DNA of 64,000 bases from contig CM059432.1 of NCBI GenBank assembly GCA_030390025.1, positions 83,702,001 to 83,766,000 of the forward strand, in the 5' to 3' direction. Positions 22,795 to 34,930 of this stretch are shown here, piece by piece. The notes under the pieces are model-generated. The model made no database searches. It was not told the DNA's origin and saw nothing but the letters and a program-made list of their open reading frames with translations. Source of the stretch: Squalus acanthias (Eukaryota). Made by a program: the position numbers and the translations under genes. Each line of letters starts with the position of its first letter. Position 1 is the stretch's first letter.

Positions 22795-24475
22795 TGTAAG
22801 GGTTTTGCGTGTGTGACACCGCCTGTGGCTCTGTGCTCAGCCTGGGTGCTAGTGCGAGGTTAGGCCTTGTTGCCTGTTCTGGTCTCCAGCCAGTCTGGGA
22901 GCACTAGACACCTGTGAGTGGTTCGACCCACTCACCCTTACGGTTCTGACACTGGACTTAGATGTGAGAGCAATAATGGAGAGAAAACTCAGGTAGACCC
23001 GGTTGAATGGTACGAAATGGAAAATTTTTATTGCATATTATTCAAGATTACGAAATACATGTCATAAGCACAGATTAATGACAGTACAATCTTACACGCA
23101 GTTATGTAACTAATTTTAGGGAAACGAGGAACGAACGACACATCGTAAATGGGGGCACACATTACAGTTATCCTTAAAACTTAAACCCTCCCCTATCAAT
23201 ACCTGCTCTAAACTAGATTTGTAGGATCGAGACTCATGCTCACCACTCGTGATAACTCGGAGAATTCCGAAAACTCTGCTCGGATGTTTTTACCGCAGCA
23301 CCTGATCACCCACGTGTTGATCAGGGGTCTCTGTACCCCACTTGTTTACTCGTTTCTGCTCCGGCTAGCAGGCTGGACCGTCTGCTGTCATGAAGATCTG
23401 TGTTGTCCTCGGAGTTCTGACACGACTCGAAAAATAGTCTTCCTGTGCCCTCACCCCGATGCGATAAAACTCGAAGAATGGTCTTCCGATGCCAGTTCTG
23501 TAAAACTCAAAAGATAGTCTTCCTGGGCAAGGAAAGTGTCTATTCGACCTACAGGCGCGGTCGGGGCTTACTGACCGTGGCGATACGTATGGTCGTCTTC
23601 TTCTCTTCTCATCTCATCTCATCTCATCTCATCTCATCTCGGGCCTTCGGTTCCAACACCGTTTACCGACTTCTCGGGATGGTGTGCCCGTTTGAAGGCT
23701 TCACAGCCCGGTTCCACACAGATCTTCGCGGCAAGCCACGAGGTTGATCCTGGCGGATCAGAAAGTTCGATAGTCTTCCAGCAAGTCGAGCAGCAAGAGG
23801 CAGATACAAGAGTCAGAGTCGCAGGCGAAGAAAGAGGATAAGAGAAAGATGGACGGTTGGAGCTTACAGTTATAGTGCTGAAATTCCTCTTTTCCCGCCC
23901 AATCTTAATGTCTTTTCTTTTGTCAGAGTTTTGGCGCTCAAACTTCTTGTATAGGGTGATCTCCGTTTAATGGGTTTCGGTGATACTCGTAACTGCCTGA
24001 GTACCCGTTAATACTTCTCCCATTGTGTAACCGGTCAGTATTCTCCCTGGAGGGCTTTTGGGGCTTCCAAATGTTTCTGTAACTACCCGCAAACGGCTCT
24101 CTCATCGTAGAGTCGTGGGGATTTTGCATATTAATGTCTTTGGATGGGTTCTTGATCGCTTGGTACAATAGCCCTTATTCGCACCTGGGAGACCGATTCC
24201 AGTATTTATGTGTAAAATGCAAACCCATTATGTCTTGTGATTTATCTCAAATGTGCTGAGTCTTGTACGATCTCACACAAATGTTTATTGGAACGCCATC
24301 TTGTCTGCTTATCGAAAAGTCTAGAATGTTCTGCCACGAGGCATGGCGGCCATTTTACAGGCTGCTTGTGTCCACTTTGAAAACCTGACAGCATTCTGCT
24401 GAAATAAAGCTGTTTGAACGAAACTATGTGTTTCCTCCTTATTTATAAAATTGCGATTATATTGCGAATTCTACA
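22795..24475 (-). mobile_element. Solo LTR (1681 bp), ERV- or Gypsy-type
   Basis: TG...CA termini (tgtaag...ctaca); 4-bp TSD ACCC (22791-22794, 24476-24479); minus-strand ATTGG/GGGCGGG/TATAA cluster at 23870-23903 and AATAAA at 23027-23032; host LINE contiguous on removal. Confidence 0.85.
23602..23640 (+). repeat. (TCTCA)n pentanucleotide microsatellite inside the LTR
   Basis: tctcttctcatctcatctcatctcatctcatctcatctc seen directly. Confidence 0.95.
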
Positions 24476-24688
24476 ACCCTTTGTTCTAGGTATGACTCGA
24501 GCAATTGCAGAGATTTCCCGTGATCCCATTGACTTCAGTTTTACTAGGGCTCCTTGGTGCAACACTCAGTCGAATGCTGCCTTGATGTCAAGGGCAGTCA
24601 CTCTCACCTCTCCTCTGCAATGGCTGCCCATTACAGAAACCACCAGATTTTCATTTCCATATTAATGGAATATAAATCAGGCGATTTC

Positions 24689-24852
24689 CAATGTTCCCTT
24701 TAATTTTTTGGGGGGTGCGCAGCCCCTTTAAGGGGCTCTGCAGCCCATTCAAAATACTGCGCACGCGCGGTTATTCCTATTTAAAAGCCGGTGAGCTGGC
24801 TGCGTGGGAGCTGCAGAGGGCTGCGTAGCCGCGCAGCCTAAAGGGAACATTG
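24689..24852. mobile_element. hAT-type MITE (164 bp)
   Basis: Perfect 14-bp TIR caatgttcccttta / taaagggaacattg; 8-bp TSD gcgatttc / gcaatttc (7 of 8 match). Confidence 0.85.
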
Positions 24853-25321
24853 GCAATTTCTAGAAGGTGTGTCTGATCCGCAACGATAATTTTACGCCTG
24901 GGTGACAAGTTGAAAGTCTACCCAATCAAGTTTATTCCCACACATTTGCTTCCCTTGCCTGCTGGACCCATCTGTTAGCAGCAGCTATTTCACCATTCCC
25001 TCATACCATTCACAATGACCAATACTGAAAATAGCACACTTGCTAATCTGAATTGCAATTTCCCTCCCCCAAAATATTGGCTAAATTATCATTTAGTCCA
25101 TTAGCAGTGTTTGCTGCTTTGGTAAACCATGTAAGAACATATTAATGATGGATGAGGTGGCCCATAACTGTAGAATGATGAAGGCAGATTCTGGAGGGTA
25201 AATTAACTCACATTACTCTTGTCCACCTCTTAGTTGTTGATTGAGCAATACAATTGAGAGGGGCCTGTGCATTCAGTTAGGATTCAGTACAAAGGGTCCC
25301 ATGGCAGTGAATAACTTACAA

Positions 25322-27198
25322 TATTCACAATATATATCAATGATTTGGATGAGGGAACCAAATGTAATATTGCCAAGTTTGCTGACGACACAAAACTAGG
25401 AGGGATTGTGAGTTGTGAGGAGGATGCAAAGAGGCTTCAAAGCGATTTAGACAAGTTGAGTAAGTGGGCAAATACATGGCAGATGCAGTATAACATGGAT
25501 AAATGTGAAGTTATCCACTTCGGTAGGAAAAACAGAAAGGTAGAGTATTATTTAAATGGTGATAGATTGGGAAATGTTGATGTACAAAGGAACCTGGGTG
25601 TCCTTGTACACCAGTCACTGAAAGCAAACATGCAGATGCAGCAAGCAGTTAGGAAGGCAAATGGTATGTTGGCCTTCATTGCAAGAGGATTTGAGTACAG
25701 GAGCAAGGATGTCTTACTACAGTTATACAGGGCCTTGGTGAGACCACACCTGGGGGGAAAAATTCAGTATCGCTCCATTTGGGGCGCAATTATCGGCCGG
25801 GCGCAAAGATTAGCGCCTGGCGCTAATTATCGCCTCCGACTGCAAACTTGGCTTTTATTGCCCCTGGAGGTGATTGGAGCGCTAAATCAGGCGCTTCACA
25901 CCTGTCTTAAGGCGCAAAGGCCGAGGAGCGAGGCGCTACCTCAGAGCACTGGCAAAGCTCATGTGATGTCAGTCAGCAATGGAACAGAGACACAATGGCG
26001 CCAGCCAGTTCTTAAAGGGGAGGGTTGATCTTGCTCTCCATCCACATCCTTGAATCTCGGCCTGGAGAGACCTGTACATCAAGTCTGCTGGAAAGAACAA
26101 TGGAGAGTACCAGGGAAAGAGCTCAGAGTGCAGCCCCCACAGTATCTTCTAAATAGACGCAAGGAAGCGCAAATCAAAATGAACCTGCAAAGTGCTGCCC
26201 AGTACCCAAAACTCCTTCACACAGCGTTGTATCTCTCCAGAAGTCTCTCTCTCTCTCTCTCAGAATTCGTGGTGCAAAAATGTCACCAACAAAAAAAGGC
26301 AGGAAATGTTTGCCTTTAAATAGCGCTCCCCCAGTCCCTTCCTGACTGCAAAACGCTCCCCTTAACCTGTCGTTGCTAGCGGCAGGCGGTAAGGCAGGGG
26401 GCGCCACTCAATATCTGCTCCGAGGCGCTACCGGGGCATTGCGCACTCGACTGATGTCACGATCTGCCGGCGCAGGAGATCGTGGTGGTAGTGTTTAGCG
26501 CCACCTGCAAAATGTCTGGTCAATTTCGCGAGAGGCGCAGATATCGCCGCGCACGGGCGCTAGTTGCTTTGCGCCCCATTAACGTCCTCCTAAGGCACTA
26601 ACGGGAGGTGCAAACCAACTGAATTTTTCCCCCCTGGAGTACTGTGTGCAGTTTTGGTCTCCTTACCTAAGAAAGGATATACTTGCCATAGAGGGAGTGC
26701 AGCGAAGGTTCACCAGACTGATTCCTGGGATGGCAGGACTGTCGTATGAGGAGAGATTGGGTCGACGAGGCCTGTATTCACTAGAGTTTAGAAGAATGAG
26801 AGGGGATCTCATTGAAACGTAAAAAATTCTGACAGGGCTAGACAGACTGGATGCAGGGAGAATGTTTCCCCTGGCTGGAGGGTCTAGAACGAGGGGTCAC
26901 AGTCTCAGGATACGGGGTAGGACATTTAGGACTGAGATGAGGAGACATTTCTTCACTCAGAGGGTGGTGAACCTGTGGAATTCTCTACCACAGAAGGCTG
27001 TGGAGGCCAAGTCACTGAATATATTTAAGAAGGAGATAGATAGATTTCTAGACACAAAAGGCATCGAGGGGTATGGGGAGAGAGCGGGAATATGGTATTA
27101 AGATAGAGGATCAGCCATGATCATATTGAATGACGGAGCAGGCTCGAAGAGCCGAATGGCCTACTCCTGCTCCTATTTTTCTATGTTTCTATATTTCT
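25322..27198 (+). mobile_element. CR1 LINE 3' portion, interrupted by a MITE
   Basis: [29 protein letters not shown]..; terminal (ttctatgt)-type repeats at ~27175-27198. Confidence 0.93.
25753..26633. mobile_element. Harbinger-type MITE
   Basis: Perfect 15-bp TIR gggggaaaaattcag / ctgaatttttccccc; TSD CTG; removal restores CR1 ccacacctggagtac. Confidence 0.92.
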
Positions 27199-27217
27199 AA
27201 AACATTGGAGACATAAT

Positions 27218-27760
27218 GGGGGAAAAATTCAGCTGCTTGCGCCTCCCGTTAGAACCTTAAGAGGGCGCTAATGGGGCGTAAAGCAGCTAACGCCCGGGCG
27301 CAGCGCCGCCCACGCCTCCCGTAAAATTCAGCGGGAGGTTAGCGGCGGCGCCAGCCGGTAGCGCCCTGTGGCGCTGCGCCGCCGGCGATGACGTCATCGC
27401 CGTGCGCAGCACCCCGCTCGCGCTCCAGCCGCGATCTTCAGTCGCGCCCCCTGATTTACCGCCAGACGCTATGTCCGACGGGTTCAGGGAGGCGTACGTG
27501 CGGCCGGGGCGGCGATATTTAAAGGGGAGGTGGCAGGCGGCCATTTTTGTTGCTGGCCGCCTGCCAGCACCTGCCCCCGTTGCTGTCCCCGGCCCCCGTG
27601 AAGCCCCCCCCACCGTGAAGTGCCGGCTGCGCTCCAAGAGCCCGGCACTTCTCTTGAGTGCCGGGCTCTTTTGCCGGCACTCCCGATCCCTGGGGGCCCA
27701 GCTGGGCCCCGGTTCGCGCTGCGCAGGGTCCCTCCCCTTTAAGAAGGGGAGGAAGGCCTA
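27218..27760 (+). mobile_element. Harbinger-type MITE related to 10309-11034, right end missing
   Basis: Left terminus gggggaaaaattcag..gcgcctcccgttag; colinear with ~10309-10820. Confidence 0.82.
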
Positions 27761-27899
27761 CCTGGAAGCCTCAGAAACTGAACCAATATATAACCATAGA
27801 CATTTAGAGCACAGAAGGAGAACAGTTGGCACATGTCTTTGCCGGCTCTTTGCTACAGCAATCCAAAACTAATTCCACTGCCTCGGTCTCTCTGCTTCT

Positions 27900-29046
27900 A
27901 TTAGATAAAAAGTAATAAAGGGGAAAAGTCTCTGGTGGGCGTAGTCTACTGTTGGACAGAGTATAAATCAACAAATAATGGAGGCCTGTAAAAAAGGTAC
28001 GGTAATAATCATGGGTGATTTTAATCTCCATATTGATTGGACAAATCAAATTGGCCATGGTAGCCTTGAGGAGGAGTTCATAGAGTGCATCTGGGATGGT
28101 TTCCTAGAACAGTACATAATGGAACCAACCAGGGAGCAGGCTATCTTGGATCTGGTATTATGTAATGAGACAGAATTAATAAATGATCACATAGTAAAGG
28201 ATCCTCTAGGAAAGAGTGCTCATAGCATGGTTGAATTTCAAATTCAGTTGGAGGGTGAGAAAGTTGTATCTCAAACCAATGTCCTGATCTTAAACATAGG
28301 CAATTACAGTGGCATGAGGGCAGAACTGTAAAAGTGGACTGGAAAAATAAATTAAAGGGTAAGAAAGTTGAAATGCAGTGGCAGACATTTAAGGAGATAT
28401 TTCATAACTCTCAACAAAAATATATTCCAGTGGGAAAGAAAGATTTTAAGAGAAGGGAGCACCATCCGTGGCTAACTAAGGAAGTAAAGGATGGTATCAA
28501 ATTGAAAACGAAGGCATACAATGTTGCCAAGAATGGTGGGAGACCAGAGGATTGGGAAATTTTTAAAAACCAGCAAAGGGTGACTAAAAAAATAATAAAG
28601 AGAGAGAAGATGAATTATGAGAGTAAACTGGCAAGAAACATTAAAACAGATAGTAAGAGCTTCTACAAGTATCTAAAAAGGAAGAGGGTAGCTAAAGTAA
28701 ACGTTGGTCCCTTAGAGGATGAGACTGGGGAATTAATAATGGGGAACAGGGAAATGGCAGGGACTCTGAACAAATATTTGGTATCTGTCTTCATGGTAGA
28801 AGACACTAACAACATCCCAATAATGGATAATCAAGGGGCCAGAGGGAGGGGGGAACTAAAGACAATCACTATCACTAAGGAAATAGTACTTGGTAAAATA
28901 ATGGGACTAAAAGATAACAAGTCCCCTGGACCAGATGGCCTGCATCCCAGGGTCTTAAAAGAAGTGGCTGCAGAGATAGTGGATGCATTGGTTGCAATAT
29001 ACCAAAATTGCCTGGACTCTGGAGAGGTCCCAGTGGATTGGAAAAC
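27900..29046 (+). mobile_element. CR1 ORF2 (APE/linker part); continues at 34931
   Basis: GDFNLHIDW..KSPGPDGLHPRVLKE..VPVDWK, resuming TANVTPLFKKG at 34931. Confidence 0.92.
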
Positions 29047-32000
29047 AGAGAAACATAGAAACATAGAAGATAGGAGCAGGAGTAGGCCATTCGGCCCGTC
29101 GGGTCTGCTCCGCCATTCAACGCGATCATGGCTGATCATCCAAATTCAGCACCCTGTCTCTGCTTTCTCCTCATATCCCTTGATCCCCTTAGCCTTAAGA
29201 AATATATCTAACTCCTTCTTGAATATATTTAATGAATTGGCCTCAATTGCCTTCTGTGGTAGAGAATTCCACAGGTTCACCACTCTCTGGGTGAAGAAAT
29301 TCCTCCTCATCTCAGTCCTAAATGGCTTTCCCCTTATCCTTAGACTGTGACCCCTGGTTCTGGACTCCCCCACCATCGGGAACAGCCTTCCTGCATCTAG
29401 TCTGTCTAGTCCTGTTAGAATTTTATAAGTTTCAATGAGATCCCCTCTCATTCTTCTAAACTCTAGCGAATATAAGCCTAATCGACCCAATCTCTCTTCA
29501 TACGTCATTCCTGCCATCCCAGGTATCAGTCTGGTGAATCTTCGCTGCACTCCCTCCATGGCAAGAACATCCTTCCTCAGACAAGACGACCGAAACTGCT
29601 CACAATACTCAAGGTGTGGTCTCACCAAGGCCCTGTACAACTGCAGCAAGACATCCTTGCTCCTGTACTCGAATCCTCTCGCTATGAAGGCCAACATACC
29701 ATTTGCCTTCTTAACCGCATGCTGCACCTGCATGCTTACCTTCAGCGACTGGTCTCGTTGCATTTCCCCTTTTCCCAATCTATTGCCGTTCAGATAATAA
29801 TTTGCCTTCCTGTTTTAGCCACCAAAGTGGATAACCTCGCATTTATCCACATTATACTGCATCTGCCATGCATCTGCCCAATCACCCAACCTGTCCAAAT
29901 CATACTGGAGTTTCTTGGCATCATCCTCACAGCACACACGCCCACCCAGCTTTGTGTCGTCTGCAAACTTGGAGATATTACATCTAGTTCCCTCGTCTAG
30001 ATCATTAATATATATTGTGAATAGCTGGGGTCCTAGCACCGATCCCTGCGGTACCCCACTAGTCACTGCCTGCCACTCGAAAAAAGACCCGTTTATTCCA
30101 ACTCTTTGCTTCCTGTCTGCCAACCAGTTCTCTATCCAAGTCAATACCTTGCCCCCAATCCCATGTGCTTTAACTTTACACGCTAATCTCTTATGTGGGA
30201 CCTTATCGAAAGCCTTCTGAAAGTCCAAATACACCACATCCACTGGTTCTCCCTTATCAATTCTACCAGTTATATCCTCAAAAAATTCCAGTAGATTAGT
30301 CAAGCATGATTTACCTTTTGTAAATCCATGTTGACTTTGTCCAATCCTGTCACTGTTTTCCAAGTGCTCTGCTATTACAGCTTTTAGAATGGACTCTAGC
30401 ATTTTCCCCACTACTGATGTCAGGCTTACCGGTCTATAATTCCCCGTTTTCTCTCTACCACCTTTTTTAAATAGTGGGGTTACATTAGCTACCCTCCAAT
30501 CCATGGGAACTGTTCCAGAGTCTATAGAATTTTGGAAGATGACCAGCAATGCATCTATTATTTCTAGGGCCACTTCCTTAAGTACCCTAGGATGTAGATT
30601 ATCAGGCTCTGGGGATTTATCGGCCTTCAATCCCATCAATTTCCCTAACACCATTTCCCTACAAATACTGATTTCATTCAGTTCCTCTCTCTCATTAGAC
30701 CTTATGTTCCCTGACATCTCTGGGAGTTTATTTGTGTCCTCCTTTGTGAAGACAGAACCAAAGTATGTATTTAATTGGTCTGCCATTTCTTTGTTCCCCA
30801 TTATACATTCCCCTGATTCTGACTGCAAGGAACCTACGCTTGACTTCACCAATCTTTTTCTCTTCACATATCTATAGAAGCTCTTACAGTCAGTTTTTAT
30901 GTTCCCTGCAAGCTTACTCTCATACTCTGTTTCCCCCCTCTTAATTAATCCCTTTGTCCTCCTTTGCTGAATCCTAAACTGCTCCCAATCCTCAGGTTTG
31001 CAGCTTTTTCTGGCCAATTTATATGTCCTCTCCTTGGATCTTATGCTATCCCTAATTTCCTTGTTAGCCACGGTTGAGTCACCTTTTTTGTTTTATTTTT
31101 ATGCCAAACCGGGATGAACAAATTCTGTAGTTCATCCATGCGATCTTTAAATGTTTGCCATTGCCTATCCACCGTCAACCCTTTAAGTAAAATTCCCCAA
31201 TCCATCCAAGCCAACTCGCGCCTCATACCATCGTAGTTTCCTTTATTTAAATTCAGGACCCTTGTCTCTGAGTCAACTACTACTTCACTCTCCATCTTAA
31301 TGAAGAATTCTATCATATTATGATCACTCCTCCCCAAGGGACCTCGCACAACAAGATTGCTAATTAATCCTTTCTCATTACATAATACCCAGTCTAAGAT
31401 GGCCTGATCTCTAGTTGGTTCCTCGACATATTGGTCCAGGAAACCATCCCGTATTCACTCTAGGAATTCCTCTTCCACAGTATTGTTACTAATTTGGTTA
31501 GCCCAATCTATATGTAGATTAAAGTCACCCATGATAACTGCTGTGCCCTTATTGCACGCATCTCTAATTTCCCATTTAATGCCATCCCCAACCTCAGCAT
31601 TATTGTTTGGGGGTCTGTATACAACTCCCACTATTTTTTTCTGCCCCTTGGTATTTCTCAGCTCTACCCATACAGATTCCACATCATCAGAGCTAATATC
31701 CTTCCTTACTATTGTGTTAATCTCCTCTTTAACCAACAATGCTACCCCACCTCCTTTCCCTTTTTGCCTGTCCTTCCTGAATATTGAATACCCCTGGATG
31801 TTGAATTCCCAGCCTTGGTCACCCTGGAGCCATGTCTCCGTAATCCCAATTATATCATATCCGTTTACATCTATTTGCGCAGCTAATTCATTCACCTTAT
31901 TATGAATGCTCCTCGCATTAAGACACAAAGCCTTCAGGCTTGTTTTTTTAACACTCTTATACCTTTTAGAATTGTTCTTTGCTGTGGCCATGTTTGATTT

Positions 32001-34930
32001 GCACCCTTGATTTCTCTGTCTTCCACTTTTGATTTTCTCCTTCCTGTCTTTTGCTTCTATCCTTGCTTCCCTTTCCTCTGTCTCCCTGCACAGGTTCCCA
32101 ACCCCCTGCCATTTTATTTTAAACCCTCCCCAACAGCACTAGCAAACACTCCCCCTAAGACATCGGTCCCAGTCCTGCCCAGGTGCAAACCATCCAGTTT
32201 GTACTGGTCCCACCTCCCCCAGAACCGGTTCCAATGTCCCAGGAATTTGAATCCCTCCCCCTTGCACCATTCTTCTAGCCACGTATTCATCTGAAATATC
32301 CTTCTTTTTCTACTCTGACTAGTACGTGGCACTGGTAGCAATCCTGAGATTACTACCTTTGAGGTCCTATTTTTTAATTTACTTCCTAACTCCCTATATT
32401 CAGCTTTTAGGACCTCATCCCGTTTTTTACCTATATCGTTGGTACCTATATGCACCACGACAACTGGCTGTTCACCCTCCCCCTCCAGAATGCCCTGCAG
32501 CCGCTCCAAGACATCCTTGACCCTTGCACCAGGGAGGCAACATACCATCCTGGAGTCTCGTTTGCAGCCGCAGAAATGCCTATCTATTCCCTTTACAATA
32601 GTATCCCCTATCACTATAGCTCTCCCGCTGTTTTTCCTCTCATCCTGTGCAGCAGAACCACCCATGGTGCCAGGATGTTGGTTGCTGCTGCCTTCCCCCG
32701 ATAAGCCATCCTTCTCAACAATATCCAAAGTGGTATATCTGTTTGAGAGGGGGATGGCCACAGGGTGTGAAGGAATAGCCAGGATTCAGAGAAATACACG
32801 ATACTACAAACAGATTTCTGAAATTATTAATAAAAGACATACTGGGTTTAAAAATCTGAAAGCCTCAGTGACACAGGCTGCAAACAGAACACAGGCTTAT
32901 GAGATAAGATGGTTTGTTAACACAAAGCTGTGAACACAAGCTTTGATATGGGAATTAGTTAAAAATGCTAAAACAAGCTCTCTTGATAAAGCAAAGGTTT
33001 GCTTCCAGAGCGTCTGGACATTGAAATCAAAACAATGGAATGACCCAAGTAAAGTGTTCTAATCTAACACGTCGAACAGGTGCACAGAACATAAAAAAGA
33101 ACCAAGTGCCTTTGAAAGAATGACATCAAGTAAGAAATACCTGTCGTTAAATAGTTTTATGTTAAAACTTAAAGACAGGAAACACGATTAAATATGCAAC
33201 CAATTGAGCTAGCTAGAAAACAAGTAAACACTGAGAGAAGTGTTTTCAATTTACATATTGTAAATATAATACATACAGAAGCCTTTGAAGAAATGACATC
33301 ACGTAAAAGAAATGCCTGCTGAACAAATAGTTTTAATGTTAAGCTTGAAATATGGAGTCCCAACGTCTGAAAATAACCAGTTAAAGTAGTATTAGAAATT
33401 CAATAGAAAGACTTCCTAAGAATTGCATCAAACAGAAACCATTGCTCTCATTGTGTTTATGATGGTTTTGGAAACACCTAAACAGGACACAAGTCTAAAA
33501 GCATTCAACAGAGATTTCAATAAAGAATAGAACAAAGTCAGCAAAGAATGACTTGATACAATTAGCTTACACAAGCACGAATACTTCAAAGGATAAACCA
33601 CCCAAAAAAGAGTATAAAACATAGACCTTTTCAAACAGAAAAGCAGAAATCGCTGGGAAGACAAGCGTTTCTCAACTTTACAGACATTCTCTGTAAGTTT
33701 ACAACTTTTGAGTCTCGGGTAATCAAGGTATTTGATTTTGGTGGATATTCTGGATTAAGAAATAAGTAGAAGTGTGGAAATGTAATGAAGTTAAGATTTG
33801 AGAATAAGGATCTCTGATAAGAAATAGAAACTATTTGTATTTTGAACAATTAAAGTTGCGATTGCCATAATAAATGTTAACTGAATGTCGGTTCTGTAAT
33901 AAATCTATATATTTTTAGAATAGTCTCAAAGAGCATTTCTGTATCATCTTGCGAACTCAAATTCTGTACACAAAAGGCGTTGCTGAATTTTGGGGGGTAT
34001 TCCGGACCCTTATAATGTCCAGAAGGTTATAGTCTAGTTAAACTTATTAAAAGTACTATCTGGAGCATGGTAACATCTTTAGACTGTTTCTTTCCTTTAT
34101 TGAGAGGTAGTCTGACCTTTAGACCCAATTGAGCGTCTTATGGGATCCGGCTACCACTAACTTTAGTTGAGGGTAAACGTATGGGGAATACGCCTGATCT
34201 GGGGTAGTCCGAAAGGGCTAGGACTTGTAATTATCCCTTCAAGGGGACTCCTGCACTACCTGCCTGCGCCTACTACTCTGCCTGGCAGTCACCTATTCCC
34301 TTCCTGCCTGTGCAGCCTTTACCTGCGGTGTGACCAACTCATTAAACGTGATATCCATGACGTCCTCAGCATCGCGAATGCTCCAGTATGTATCCATTCG
34401 CAGCTCCAGCGCCGTAATGCGGTCTGCCAGTAGCTGCAGCTGGATACACTTCCCACATACATGGTCATCAGGGACACAGGAAGTGTCCCTGATTTCTCAC
34501 ATAGTGCAGGAGGAGCATGCCACAGGGCCGAGCTGTGCTGCCATGACTTACCATTTAATTAATTTAAATTAAATTAAATCAAATCAATACCACAAATTAC
34601 ACTACAATTAAATGATATAGTCAAGGGCCCTTGTTTACTAGCACTCCCCGCTACACAACAGAGACCTTAGAAACTATAACCACAAAATTAAGACCTTCTA
34701 AACTTTATAAACTATTAACCTTAACTGTCAAACTATAGAGTAGTATAAATACTCACCTGGCCGTACTCACCCAATCAGCTGCTTCCTCTTGCCCACGTCA
34801 CTTTTTGAATCGTGACGTGGCTCTGGAACACCGCGGCCGGTCTGCGAGATTGGTAAGCCTCTGAAAAAAAAGCCCGCGAAAGTGAGTTTAAATACGCACT
34901 GTACCGTCGCTCTCTCCGCTCCCGACACCG
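29047..34930 (-). mobile_element. Apparently full-length CR1 LINE (5'UTR, ORF1 with zinc finger and esterase, ORF2), disrupted, containing a solo LTR
   Basis: Tail repeats at 29047-29070; ORF2 fragments 29146-31991; ORF1 esterase 32114-32761; ORF1 N-terminus MAAQLGPVACSSC..HVCGKC from 34544; 5'UTR to ~34930. Confidence 0.93.
32766..34241 (+). mobile_element. Solo LTR (1476 bp) inserted in CR1 ORF1
   Basis: TG...CA termini with short inverted ends tgaaggaata / tatcccttca; 4-bp TSD AGGG (32762-32765, 34242-34245); TATAAAA at 33613; AATAAA at 33869 and 33898. Confidence 0.85.

Larger units (their letters stand above)
21768..24620 (-). mobile_element. Family-T LINE, older and more diverged copy, interrupted by a solo LTR
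   Basis: Tail at ~21770-21830; RT motifs IPQGSVLSPTIF..FADD; element resumes at 24480-24620. Confidence 0.88.

Noticed and set aside
23425..23525. CRISPR-like repeat-spacer array
   Set aside because: Only three degenerate units inside an LTR in vertebrate DNA, with no cas genes.
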